NCBI RefSeq assembly: GCF_003918875.1
Contig: NW_025767034.1
Coordinates: 1-64,000, forward strand
Length of the DNA: 64,000 bases
Direction of reading: 5' to 3'
Source of the DNA: Haliotis rubra
Taxonomy: Eukaryota
The notes under the pieces are model-generated. The model made no database searches. It was not told the origin of the DNA and worked only from the letters and a program-made list of their open reading frames with translations. Within the stretch, counting starts at the first letter, position 1; each line of letters begins with the position of its first letter. Positions 25,584 to 37,820 of this stretch are shown here, one piece after another. A program made the translations under genes and the position numbers.

Positions 25584-26234
25584 GAGCGGTGCCGGGTATT
25601 GCAGCTAACACNNNNNNNNNNNNNNNNNNNNNNNNNNNNNNNNNNNNNNNNNNNNNNNNNNNNNNNNNNNNNNNNNNNNNNNNNNNNNNNNNNNNNNNNN
25701 NNNNNNNNNNNNNNNNNNNNNNNNNNNNNNNNNNNNNNNNNNNNNNNNNNNNNNNNNNNNNNNNNNGACAGAAACATCCAGGGTGAGGGGTGGCGGGACT
25801 GTACTGCCGGCCCTGGAGATGTAAGATAGGACTGTGTGAAGGAGGCAGGACAGGTGGAGCAGTGGGATGCATGTTTCTCTACATCGCCGCTCCTGGTGTG
25901 TCCAGTGTAGAGAGATGTAGACAGACACGAGGGAGCGTCCACCAGAACAACATGTCCCGCACTCCCGGCAGCACACAGGCCACCCTCCCACTATGGCGTT
26001 GTACTGGATGTGGGAGGAGACGATTGGCATTCATTGATCTAGACAGACAGGTTGTTCCTAGACAAAGTATAATGGAGCGATTCAATGCCAATGGTTCAAT
26101 GAGCCGATCGTCCCCATGTATTCGGTGTTAGGTTTCCGTATTCTGGCCTTACTGTGTCGAAGTTTGATCCACGGAGAGGACATCGACATGACTGACTTTA
26201 AAGAAGGCTCTCATCTACCAAAGCGCTGGAATAG
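25584..26234 (+). CDS. B30.2/PRY-SPRY domain exon, copy 2 (spans the N gap)
   Basis: Paralogous to 24480-24975: IGLCE..HRRSWCV..HYGVVLDVGRRRLAFIDLDRQVVLDKY..FNEPIVPMY..LIYQALE*. Confidence 0.72.
25612..25766. other. Assembly gap (155 N)
   Basis: Run of n characters. Confidence 1.
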
Positions 26235-26336
26235 GGAATTAACTGGTTATGTGGGCCATCAGCTGGTGGTGGAGTAGCTCTTCATTGCGACCGCCTGTTG
26301 TGTACTCTTCACCCATTAATAGGAGGAGGCAGGGTC

Positions 26337-26530
26337 TGAGGTGAAATGGGGTTTAACGTCGTACTTGAGAATATTTCGCTCCATATGACCACAGGCATGC
26401 GTGTAATGTGTATGTGGCTGCTTGTACTAAGCCCAGACTTAAAAGCTGGTTTCATAGTGCTGGCTCACTGTGATACCATGCACCAGTTAAGCATGAATAC
26501 CCCTCAAACTCATTATACTGACTCCGAGTG
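26337..26530 (-). mobile_element. 5'-truncated family C SINE
   Basis: Reverse-complement match to 23025-23240. Confidence 0.8.
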
Positions 26531-27068
26531 TAGTTGATAATTTAAGAAACATGGAGAAATTAAATCAGACAACGATCGCCTAGCAAAGTACTGATGCACG
26601 TTATGGTAACTTATCATTTAAGATATACGCACTTAAGATCCGAGGTTAGAATTTGTCTCCAACAACACGCTTGTCATAGAGGCAACAAACGGGGCCAGGT
26701 GGTCAGGGCTCAAAACTGACTTGGTTGACACATGTCATCGTGTTCCAGTTGCGTAGCTCGATGTTCAATGACGTTAATCACTGGATTGTCTGATGTGGAC
26801 TCCGATTGATACAGACTACTTACCATATGGCTGCATGGAATATTGGTGAGTGCGGCATTAAACAAAACCCAAAACAAACAAAATAAATAGAATTAACATG
26901 AACCTAAAGCCTGGAAATACAATTCCGAGAGACAAGGGAGGGTAAAACCTGTTATCCTGCTCATGCTACTAGACATGGGCAATGGTTATCAACAGAAGTA
27001 ATAGATTACATCTAATAATGATTATACTCTCGTATTGTGGAACTAACGCTGCCTCCTTTAACAATTCC

Positions 27069-27136
27069 GATCGTCATATAGGCACGAATTATTCTCAAGC
27101 TACGACGATTAAACCCCAATTTCCACCTCACCTCCA
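27069..27136 (+). mobile_element. Short 3' fragment of family C SINE with TSD
   Basis: ttctcaagctacgacgattaaacccc...cacctcacc tail flanked by the direct repeat cctttaacaattc. Confidence 0.6.
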
Positions 27137-27149
27137 CCTTTAACAATTC

Positions 27150-28250
27150 GAGACTATATATTCATTGAAAACAGAAGTGTAATATAAACCGCACTTTCCC
27201 AACTTACACATTCAAGTGAAACCACACTGATCATTGTTTTCAATACCTGTAGAAAAACCTCTAAAATGATTGGTGCCTTAAGAAAATATAAATATATATT
27301 GAATAGGAAATATTATCAAGATTTTAAGAAACAGCGTTTATATAAGCCCACATTTTGAATATGCATGTGAGAGGTGTCTGATTGAAGATTCGAACAAGTT
27401 CCAGAAGTCTACAGCAGGGAGGGCAGCTCGTATAGTAGCTGGCTACCCAAATAGACGCCGAGTAGAGTTCTTTATTACGAGACCGGATGGGAATTGTTAT
27501 CAGAGAGAAGAAAGAAGCGTAAATTGAGCTTGTAAGACTAAACATAATATCGCCTCGTCTTTTTTTAAAATGAATTGTTACCACCGGTTTGTAGGAAAAA
27601 GAACTCATTATAGCTTACGTAATGCTGAAAAATTATTCTGTGCCCAATACAAGACTAAAATATTCATTCTCTTCATTTAAACCTGGAACCATCTCCCCTT
27701 GAGCTGTAAGAAACTGTGACTCAATTTCGTCATTTAATAGATATATTAGATCAATGCGTAATAGTGCCCTCTATATCACTTTTTCATCTGGTATACGTAA
27801 GCATACATATTACACACAAGGTTAAGATACAAAGTAAGTACGCTCAACTATGAGTTATATAGAATCAACAATATAATTTATATCAAGATATCTTGGATTG
27901 TCCCCGTTATAAAACACATGCAGAAACTTTGTCAGCTAACATATGAAGTGATATCTTACAAAATAGATATTTACGGAGATATATGTCTTATTTTATATAG
28001 CCAATGCAGGCCTCTCGTTGAAGAAAATCTGAACATCTTCAAACATGTCCATCAGTAACATCAATCAAACTAAACGATTCCTCTGTTCTATCTAATCCTG
28101 GTATATTCTCAAACTCAAGATCTCTCATGTATATGTTCTCTGTTTCTCATGTAAATATAATTGTTGTAACTATTGGGAGAGGGCGTCATTAAGTTGGATA
28201 ACGTGTGCCCAATCCTTTTTCTTGAATAAAAATATGTTTTAAATCAAATC
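27150..28250 (+). mobile_element. CR1-group LINE 3' fragment
   Basis: KTSKMIGALRKYKYILNRK, AARIVAG, YETGWELLSERRKKRKL and ENLNIFKHVHQ..QTKRF; 3' UTR ends with aataaa and a short tandem tail. Confidence 0.75.
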
Positions 28251-28933
28251 AATACCTGTGGGTCTATTATTGTTACGGTATACGTGTAGAAATAAAGCGC
28301 TTCTTGACTTGCCGTTGCTGCATAAATGTATTTTAAATTACTTGCGGCAAAAGTAAAGAGTCTGGCTGTAAGAGGCGACAAACGGCATCGTGTGGTCAGG
28401 TTCACTTGAAGTTGACACGTCATCGTATCCCAATTGCTTAGAACGATGTTCATGATGTTGATCACTGGATTGTCTGGTCCAGACTTGATTGTTACAGACC
28501 GCAGCCATATAGCTTGGAATATGGCGTTAACCAACCAACCAATCACTCCTGTGATTTCCCCAGATTCAGCCTTGCTCGATGTCTACAGTGTCACAGTAAG
28601 AGAAAGAGAAAACAGTGTTTTCTCACTGCTCTCCTTCGACAACAAATTTCACAATTGTCCAAACACCTTTTACCGTTTCCGTCAGTGATGGGGATATGGA
28701 CGAGTGTTTACTCAATATACACAGCATACAGGCAAATGAGCGTTTTCTGAATCTGGCACTTAGCAATTGCAGAAACTGTTGTGTATTTGAATCCTATACA
28801 CTTCTAAGGCCGTGGTCAAACAGAACACAATAAGCCATGTCCTCTGCTTTAAAGCGTTTACTCAGGGAAGTGGAGGCTACTAGCACGCAACTCTAATCAA
28901 CGTTAACTTGCCGCTCACCGTCACATAAGGCTG

Positions 28934-29250
28934 CATGAGGTTGTCTCCCATATATGTATCTACCATCCATGTCCATACACTATATAAACTATACAAAGGG
29001 GAATGTGGGAACTACGTTCTGGAGACCCTGTAGAAACACATGAGTTGTCTCCCCATACATGTATCTACCATACATGTCCATACACTATATAAACTATACC
29101 AAGGGAATGTGGGAACTACGTTCTGGACACCTGTAGAAAACACATGAGTTGTCTCCCATATATGTATCTACCTCTACATGTCCATACACTATAGGAACTA
29201 TACAACGGAATGTGGAGACTACGTTCTGGAGACCCTGTATGAAACACATA
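28934..29250. repeat. About 105-bp tandem repeat, 3 copies
   Basis: catgag(g)ttgtctccc..ctacgttctggagaccctgta recurs at about 28934, 29039 and 29143. Confidence 0.9.
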
Positions 29251-30425
29251 TTCAACCATCTAAGTCAAGCAACATGTACAGGTTTCACTGAAGTCACCTA
29301 CATATCGATTTAGTTGATCCTCCCTACCCGTATTTCACCTAAACAGTAATAACATTTGTTGCAAGGAACTGCAAACATCCTTCAACATTTTCAATATATA
29401 GGTGATATATGTGCCCACCTTTATTAAAAACTAATGGCGAGATACGGCTGCATGTATCCTTTTGCTCCATGGCTGTACTGAGTGCTAAACCCATGGATGT
29501 ATAGTAACGTTATCCTTGACAGAGGCAAGCCAAGATAAGCGGACAGTACGTCTCAGTCTGTCACTCCTTTTCTTTTTTTAAAAAATGATTATTTCCCAAA
29601 CCATTACCTATTGCTTCAGAGAGACAAAGAGACATGTGCAAGTCTAGGTGCATGTAACTCGTGGTTGACTTCGGAAATCTTTATCATTCAATGTGCACAA
29701 AACGGAGTCAAACCTGCGTGAACAAAGACAACCAAACATATCACTTCATGCCATTTCAACAGTCATATTTCAACTTCTTTATTCAGATTTATCCTTCAGT
29801 GATTAATGGTCAACTGAGATCGTCTGAAAGAGGGGCCCATGAGTACATTTTACACAAGGGAGTTTAAATATACTCAGTACATGATTAAGTCAACCTTGGC
29901 TTCTAGCCAGGAAGTTTCAAATTTGCCCAGTCTTGAGTATCCCCAAGCTTTGGAATTTGCTTATAAAACTTTTCGTTTCACTATTTGTAAGCAATGTCTC
30001 GTTATTAGAACTACATATAATATATTATCATATCAATTTCCTTGTAAACCCCAAAAGGATATTATGTTGCAGCATTTAGTTCAGTTAAGAATTATTCTAT
30101 ATCAATGTGTATTTATTTGTGAAGGTACGATTTGGGTTTTACTTCTGATTGGACAATCTTGTCGTTATCAGTCTCTACAAATCTATAAAATGTATACGAT
30201 TTTTCGTTTTAGAAATATTTAGTCTAGAATGAATGGATTCAATCCGTTTAGCCAAAAGCATATCTTAATGCCACATTACATTATTTTGCAAATGCAAAGA
30301 CATTATTTTCTACCATTAAATTTAAGTTCAATAACATAATCATTAGATTACAAGTAAATTTGCAGAAGTGTAAGTCCATATTGGTTGATTTAATCTACCA
30401 GATTCTGAGTTGAATTCTAAAAGTA

Positions 30426-30559
30426 TACTGGACAAAATCAAGTTAGGGATATTGGTATTTTTATGATTGATATTTTATCAGTGTGTCAATGAATAAATAG
30501 ATCATTATTCATAATTTCAAAATTTTTACATATATATCCCTAACTATTTTTGTCCAGTA
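30426..30559. mobile_element. Tc1/mariner-type MITE, about 135 bp
   Basis: TIRs tactggacaaaatcaagttagggatat / atatccctaactatttttgtccagta, TA on both flanks. Confidence 0.8.
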
Positions 30560-31152
30560 TACATTGAATTATTTGTTGTGTTTTCCTGTACATGACCATG
30601 TAAAATTGTTTTCCGATGTGTACAGATGCAGATTATTTGCTAATACTGTTATAATAAAATGTGGACACGTAAGTAATGAAGGTTATTTTCATAAGTAGCG
30701 TCTAAAGAGCACGATGAAGTGAATCTGTCCGTTTGTGTGAATTTGAATAGCCGCAACCCAGCTTTATTCGGGAATGTATGTCCAAAATGTATATCAAATG
30801 CAAACTCATGTCCCAGCTGCGGGATGATCTTGACTCTAAAACTACTTACAGATTGTTATGTATTATCTTCAGGAACAATAATACACAAGTGAGTGAGTTC
30901 AATTTTTACTCCGCAGTCAGCAAGGCACATTCAGCTAAATGGCGGCGTTCAGGACCAGGCAATCCAGTGATCAGGAACATGCACATCGATCTACATATTT
31001 GGGATACGATGACATGTGTCAACCAAGTCAGCGAGTCTGACCACCCGATCCCGTGGTTTCCTACAAGCACAATACACAAACACGAAGGCGCATTATCGTT
31101 AACCATTCTGTGATAAGGTATTAACCTCAGAGCTCATCTCCTTTATTCTAGA

Positions 31153-31314
31153 GGGACAGAGGGGGTAGCCTGGTGGGTAAAGCGGTCGCTTGTCACTCCG
31201 AAGGCCCGGGTTCGCTTCCCCAAATAGGTAACATGTATGAAGCCCATTTCTGGTGTCCCCCGCCGTGATATTGCTGGAATAGTGCTAAAAGCGGCGTAAA
31301 ATCAAACTCACTCA
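31153..31314 (+). mobile_element. SINE family A with 12-bp TSD
   Basis: Full consensus match; TSD ctttattctaga. Confidence 0.9.
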
Positions 31315-31589
31315 CTTTATTCTAGAAGCATAAAACATAGTTCAGTGTACAACTTACTGACTCGCAACCCTTGTTCATTCACATATTGTTCTAAAAGCAT
31401 AAAGTTCACTTTTAAAGAAGACAGTTCACACAAAAAGAAGACACACTTAATATGAAGGATTTATACATACTTTGGAGGTTTTTTTCTTGATAGACGATAG
31501 GTAAAACTATTTAGATAATGAATCATAAATGTGACCCTATCCACAATGTTATTCATATATATAAGTATCAATTTGCATCTTTTGGAAGA

Positions 31590-31790
31590 ATTAACTCTTC
31601 ATTCATGTTTTTTAACTTCATTTCTTGGATTATTATGCATGAATAATTCAGGTTTTTTAACTTCATTTATAGGATTTTTGTGCATGAATGATTCAGGCTC
31701 TTACAATTCATTTATAGAGATTTTTGTACATGAATGGATTCAGGCTTTTTTGGATTTCATTCACGGGATTATTGTGCATGAATGATTCAG
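31590..31790. repeat. Degenerate tandem repeat of about 41 bp, about 5 copies
   Basis: tgcatgaatgattcagg..ttcatt motif repeated. Confidence 0.75.
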
Positions 31791-31794
31791 GAAA

Positions 31795-32720
31795 ATAGTC
31801 CAACAACCTACAATGTCGCCGACCAGCACGTCGTCCTGTCCTCCAACCACGCCATCGACAAACACGACTTCAGTGGGCACAGGGTCATCAAAACTGGTGT
31901 CAACGTGAATGTCATATTCTCTGATGAGAGTCGGTTTTGTGTGTCACATGCACATGGAAGGGTCAGATTTGGCGACGTCAAGGAGATCGTTTTTGCTGAC
32001 AGAAATGTTTTGGAAAGGGATGCATGGGGTGGACCTAGTGTCATGATTAGGGCCGGAATTGGACTTAATGCGAGACCTGGACCAATGTGCTTCTAGAATG
32101 TGGGTCAAGGTCGAGGACATTGGGTGACAGCTCAGCGTTACATTGACCAAGTCATCAGACCCCATGTTGTTCCATTTTTCGCCTAACATCGTAACCACCT
32201 TTTCCAGCAGGATAACGCTCGTCCACATGTTGCAAGAGTTACCATGGACTTTCTTCAACAACAAAACATCCGTGTCCTACCGTGGCCAGCTCTCAGCCCT
32301 GACCTGAACCCCATCACCAAGCACTTGTGGGATGAGGTTCAAAGGCGCCTGAATGAAGTGCGACCAGTGCCTACAACTGCTGATGAACTTCGCACAGCTC
32401 TTCTGGATGTGCGCAGGAGGACCCCTAGGGCCTTTACGAACCGCCTGATCCCACTCTATGTACACAGGAGATGTGTTGCAGTGATCAATGCTAATGGTTT
32501 GCCACACCAGGTATTGAATGACGTCATGGCAATTGACAAGAATCTGCGCAACTCTTTTGCTTTCACAAAAAGTATCGACGTCATCTGTTTTTGTTGCCAA
32601 TGAACTGTTCTTGCTCAAATTTCTGTATATCTGACGCTGTTGGTATTTGTATTCTATACTGTTAAAAATAAGTACATATCTACTTTACACTAGACTTGCG
32701 TTTCTTTTTGCGTGTGAGTA
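31795..32720 (+). mobile_element. 5'-truncated Tc1/mariner transposon
   Basis: FSDESRFC, QQDNARPH and WPALSPDLNPI motifs; right TIR gcgtttctttttgcgtgtgagta followed by TA; left TIR absent. Confidence 0.9.
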
Positions 32721-32755
32721 TATATTATCGTGTCAGTTATATATAAATAAAAATA

Positions 32756-34171
32756 TAATAGGCACATAAAGAAACTGTGCATACAAAAATTTAAAATCTA
32801 TCAAACCTGTGTAGACACATAAGGATTGAAACTCGAGACTAGTGACATGTATCCAACATGCATGCACGTGCCACGTTCCGTGACGTCAGTGGGTTCGTCC
32901 TTGAGACGTGCGATACATTGTTGCACCTGCAAGAGAAACAGAGCAAATGAATGCCACACAATACTGTCACTGTGGAAAGCCCAACCCCTGCCCTTGCCAT
33001 CATTCAAAAAATTAAACGGCTATTGAAACGCACAGCATGCCAAGGCTCACGTCTGCACAACGTCATGAGGCCATTGGGCTGCACATTTCCGCTGCCACCA
33101 GAACACCATTTCTGCACGGGTGAGACGCTACCAGAACACAAATGACGTCAACGATCGGCCACGTTCTTGACGTCCACGTGTAACAACGCCAAGACAGGAC
33201 ATATGGATAAGGGTGACCCATCTTCGCCACAGGTTTCAGACTGCAGAGATGACTGCTGATGAACCATCCGAGGACTTCGCCGTATCCACCCCAACACAGT
33301 TCGACGTTTACGTCATCACGGGATCAGACCACGACGTCCCGCCATACGGCCTATCCGGACACGTCATCGACAAGCTCGCCGAATGTGGTGCCGAAATCAT
33401 GTCCGCAGACCCTTGTTTTGGTGGAGAAATGTTGTTTTCCAGATTTAACATTTACCATAGTGATGGACGTCAACGTGCCTATAGACGCGTGGGAGAACGT
33501 TATGCACAGGCCTGTGTCTTGGAGAGGAATCGCTTAGGTGGTGGTTCCGTGATGATTTGGTGATTGTTCAGGGCAACTTAACTGGTGTGGGCTACAGGGA
33601 TCAGATTCTTCGACCTGTGGCAATTCCTTTTCTGCAACGTCATGGCCCTGGGTTAACATTCCAACAGGACAATGCCCGCCCTCATACGGCAAGGGTTGCT
33701 ATGGATTTCTTGCAACACCACAATGTTGACTTACTGCCTTGGCCTGCAAATTCACCGGATCTCTCCCCGATAGAGCATGTTTGGAACAAGAGATGGGTCG
33801 ACGTCTACGTCGTCTTCCTCATCCGCCAGATAACGTCCTTGAATTTGTAACAGAAGTCGAGAGAGAATCTGGCGTGACATCCCACAAGCCTTCCTTGCAC
33901 GTTTGATAGGCTCTATGCGTCGTCGATGCACTGCTGTTTCTCAATGCCGATGGTGGACATACCCGTTATTGAGCTTGTGACATGGTCGTTTGACCCGTCC
34001 CGCTTGTGGACTCGTGACGTCATTGTGATTGACTTCTCAATTGAAATTATCCCGACTTGTTATGGTCTCATGATCCTCCATTAAAGTTTATATGTTCCTT
34101 TGACATTGTTATGGTACTTATCAACTGGGATAATGTTTTGACAATGCACAGTTTCTTTTATGTGGCTAGTA
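32756..34171 (+). mobile_element. Near full-length Tc1/mariner transposon, DD34E; transposase about 33038-33972, decayed
   Basis: TIRs taataggcacataaagaaactgtgcat / atgcacagtttcttttatgtggctagta; MPRLTSAQRHEAIG start; QQDNARPH and SPDLSPIEHVW; ends GGHTRY*. Confidence 0.93.
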
Positions 34172-34329
34172 TATAATATATACATTATAACTGGTACTAA
34201 GTCGAAACTGCCTGGGTAAAAGGGAATATAAAGTGAGACAAAATTTCAGAGATTGACGGATTATGACGGAGGTGCTATACAGGAGTGGTGTTTATACGCA
34301 TCATAACAGATATGGTTCAACTTAAAATT

Positions 34330-34720
34330 ATTTCGGTTTACTCCATGATCGACTCATGTCATTTGGTGGTGTTGGGCAGTATTACATGAGGAGGCTGACC
34401 TGATTTGATTATTGTTCATGAACATTAAACTGGTCAATGCTGACATATTTGTTCCTGTCGTTCCATTTGTTGTAATTGTCGGGCACACATTTTGATGACA
34501 ATGCTGGACGTTGTGATCAGGTCGCCATCAGGAAAGCAGGGTTATTGAGTCAGACTTCGCTAAGACCCCTGACATGTCCCTAATAAAGCATCTGTGGAAT
34601 CTCCTCGGACAGAGTGTACATCCTGAGACCTTAGCACCCAATGTGACTGTCCGGGATTGCTCTTCAGCTCTTGGAGGGCAATGCCAAGGAACCATTACAT
34701 ACGCACTATCAAATGCCTAT
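34330..34720 (+). mobile_element. Highly decayed Tc1/mariner transposase relic
   Basis: Remnants of DDNA and PDMSLIKHLWNLLG (SPDLNPIEHLW-like). Confidence 0.55.
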
Positions 34721-37473
34721 TCAGTCTTCTTTGGAATGAGAAAAAGAGAAAACACACTCAAGAATTATTGCATCGGGTTTAATTTGAGAACAGATCTGCA
34801 CAATCGGCATTTGAAACCTAACATAAATACAAACTCAGTCATTATAATAAAATGGAAAATAAATAGGATGACTCTTGTCCTACGACATGACTACTACAAT
34901 CTGCAAGCAAAGACACTCTTCACCTCTCGAGATGACAAGCACGTTCACCCAGTGAGGTATTTTACCTCGTGTTGAGTTACTATGGTGATGTGAAGAGATC
35001 TGGCAGATGACCTCAGATACTGAGACACCCATTTGGTCTGATTCAACTTAGCAGCAATAGCACACAACCCACTACTTGCTGACAACTTACTGACATTTGA
35101 TCGTATCTCAAATGACAAGACTAATTAGCGGATGCAAGACCTTATGAGTTTCTATGGATTAAATCACTCAAGATTGAACGTTTCCAAACATGGATGAACT
35201 GGGTGCCTACTGAAGGCGATCTATTCTGTTTCCTTTAAAACCCTTGTTAACCGAATGTTTTAACTGTTATGGTCAAGAAATATTCGGTTTTCATTTTCTT
35301 TTATTTATAACAGCTGTATTTCATCACAAATCTATTTCAAGTTCGACACAAACTGAGACACAGTATCAGATGTCATCTGTCAATGGATGAATGATGGGAC
35401 ATGAAGGCATGTGGTTAGTCATGAAGTTGTCACTTTTCAGTAGGTGTGCTGTAGCAAGTCACTCGCTGGACTGTGCACCTGATGCCATGACAAGGCTGGG
35501 CACATGTACATGCTTTAACAAAGGGTCTATGCTCTCTAGTCCGGTGTTTCATGCAAGTTGTGATGTACAAGGCTGGATAATGCAACAGTAACGCTACTTT
35601 GGGTTTTATAATCCAAAACTTGTTACCCAGGAGATAAACCAAAATTGTTTCACATTACTTTGCAGATCATTGTTATATAAAGGAGATGGCCACAGCAGCA
35701 AGAAATCTCTGAAGTTGGTTACCTGTACTTTTCGCGACTCAAGACTGGTGTTTACATCATGGAAAACTATTTATATGATTTTGGATGACAAACAGCATTT
35801 TATATCAACACTACTCGTAAAAACTCAATCTTTAATATTTATAACGATTTGTATTGAAAAAACAGGAAAAAACAAAACATTTGGGTGGGATTCTCTAACA
35901 TCACAAACAGTCATGCAAAATGTTTTGGATCAACAGATTGAAAATTGCTGGGACTGCCATTTTGTCCAAGCTTAGTCATCCTTTAAATTCTGAAAGTAGA
36001 TCACAGTACCTGTCACAGCTTCAGTCAGAATCCATGTTAGTGCATGGTATTGTTCTTGAGCTTTTACCCTTAGCTGTTGTATTAACCATAAATGATACAA
36101 AACAGAATGAATCATTGCTTGATATGTTTTGAAATACTGAAACTTAACCTGACCATATTACTTGCTACAGCACTGTTACTCTCTCTCAAGAGGAGGATAT
36201 GAAAATAGGAACAAAGTCAACTCAAAGTTAAAACAGAACAAATGGTATTTCACATCGTGACGGACCGGCGCCTGTTTGTTGAAGAGGATGACTTGTAACT
36301 TGAGAGCAGTTATAAACCTGTAACAATATTTTCAGCACAACAACTAACAAACTTCAACTTGATCTTGTCTCTTTGGTTACACTACATATCCCTCCCCCAT
36401 CAAGAAGCAGCGTGGTTACCATGGCAACAGGATAAAGTCAATCACAGCATGAAATTAAGGCAACAAGAAGGTAATTACTAAAATTCCATTTAAAAACTCA
36501 GATGCAATCTTTTACAGAAACCATCGCTACACTGATCTTTCACTTAAGTAAACTATTGGAACTCTGAAGAAGAAAAAAAAACAATATCTTTTTGAGCTGT
36601 GCCTTTTCACAAAACAGTCTGTCTACTTCAGCTGTCACAGGGGTAAAGTCTGTTCGGGGATAGTTTTGGAGGGATTGTTGTTTCTGACACTTTGTCTCTA
36701 CGCGATCGAATTATTTTTGATCAGAGCAAAACCTGATCAAATGTACCTATGGTTATTACTTTTCCCCAAACACTCTTCAGTAATGACTGTATTTCACATG
36801 CAAACATCAGGATATAATCTTACCAGTTGAGTTGTAAGTGTTGTGGACATCAATCTACAATATGTGTGTATTTACATAAATGTGACTTCCTACACCCATT
36901 CAAGATCATCGTTGTTCACTGTAATCTTCCACCTGACAATAACCACTCTGGACAGTGTCTCACATAACAGATAGTTAACATTGCACAAATGAGTGTCATT
37001 GAAATAAGAGAAGATAAGTAAAAAACTCAAAAGTATTTTAAGATAGTTCTTTGTTTCAGATGAATCAATTTTAACCTTCATCCTATGTCACAAATTCTAT
37101 ATTCAGCATTTCACCAAGACAAAGATGAAACATCCAATATGCACTGGTCCTTCTGTTTGGATCTGTGAACAAAGGCTGGCCATTGTAAGCAGGGAGTGTT
37201 CTCATGACAATGCAATGTGCACATGTAATTATGCCTCATTATTGAATGTGAGGATGAGAAGGACACTCCCTCCAGGTGCCAAGTAACAGCAGATTGTTCA
37301 AAGGTCAATACAGGTAGCAAGACAAACCAGGATCTTAACCCACGCAAGTACTTTCTTTGTCCATTTCACTCTTGGTAGAGAAAAAAACAGAATAGACAGA
37401 TTAAACAACACTGACATTACGTTACAATTTGGCACCTGTCCTGTAAATCTGAAAAAACTGACTGAACTATACA

Positions 37474-37820
37474 AGCATCTGGATGGAACCCCAGCCAAGA
37501 GTCTACAAGATAGGACACTTTCCTATGTCTCCACACCAGATAGGTGGAACAGACCAAGATGTCTTCAGCATCTGGATGGAACCCTAGCCGAGGGTTAATT
37601 AGATGGGACACTTTCCTATGTCTCCACACCAGAGAGGTGGAACTGACCAAGATGTCTACAGCATCTGGATGGAACCCAAGCCGAGGGTCTACAAGATGGG
37701 ACTCTTTCCTGCCTCCACAGCAGACAGGTGGAACTGACTAAAATGTCTACAGCATCTAACCTAAACCCAACCTGAAGGCATACATCAAGGTGGGACGTTC
37801 TCTATACCAGACAGGAGGAA
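37474..37820. repeat. 93-bp tandem repeat, about 3.5 copies
   Basis: agcatctggatggaaccc at 37474, 37567 and 37660; degenerate copy at 37751. Confidence 0.9.

Noticed and set aside
25496-26030. ORF-track entries spanning the N run
   Set aside because: They are open only because of Ns; the coding signal here is the plus-strand SPRY exon.
29839-30222. 127-aa plus-strand ORF
   Set aside because: AT-rich with no motif or splice context; possibly the antisense of a decayed LINE end, but too weak to call.
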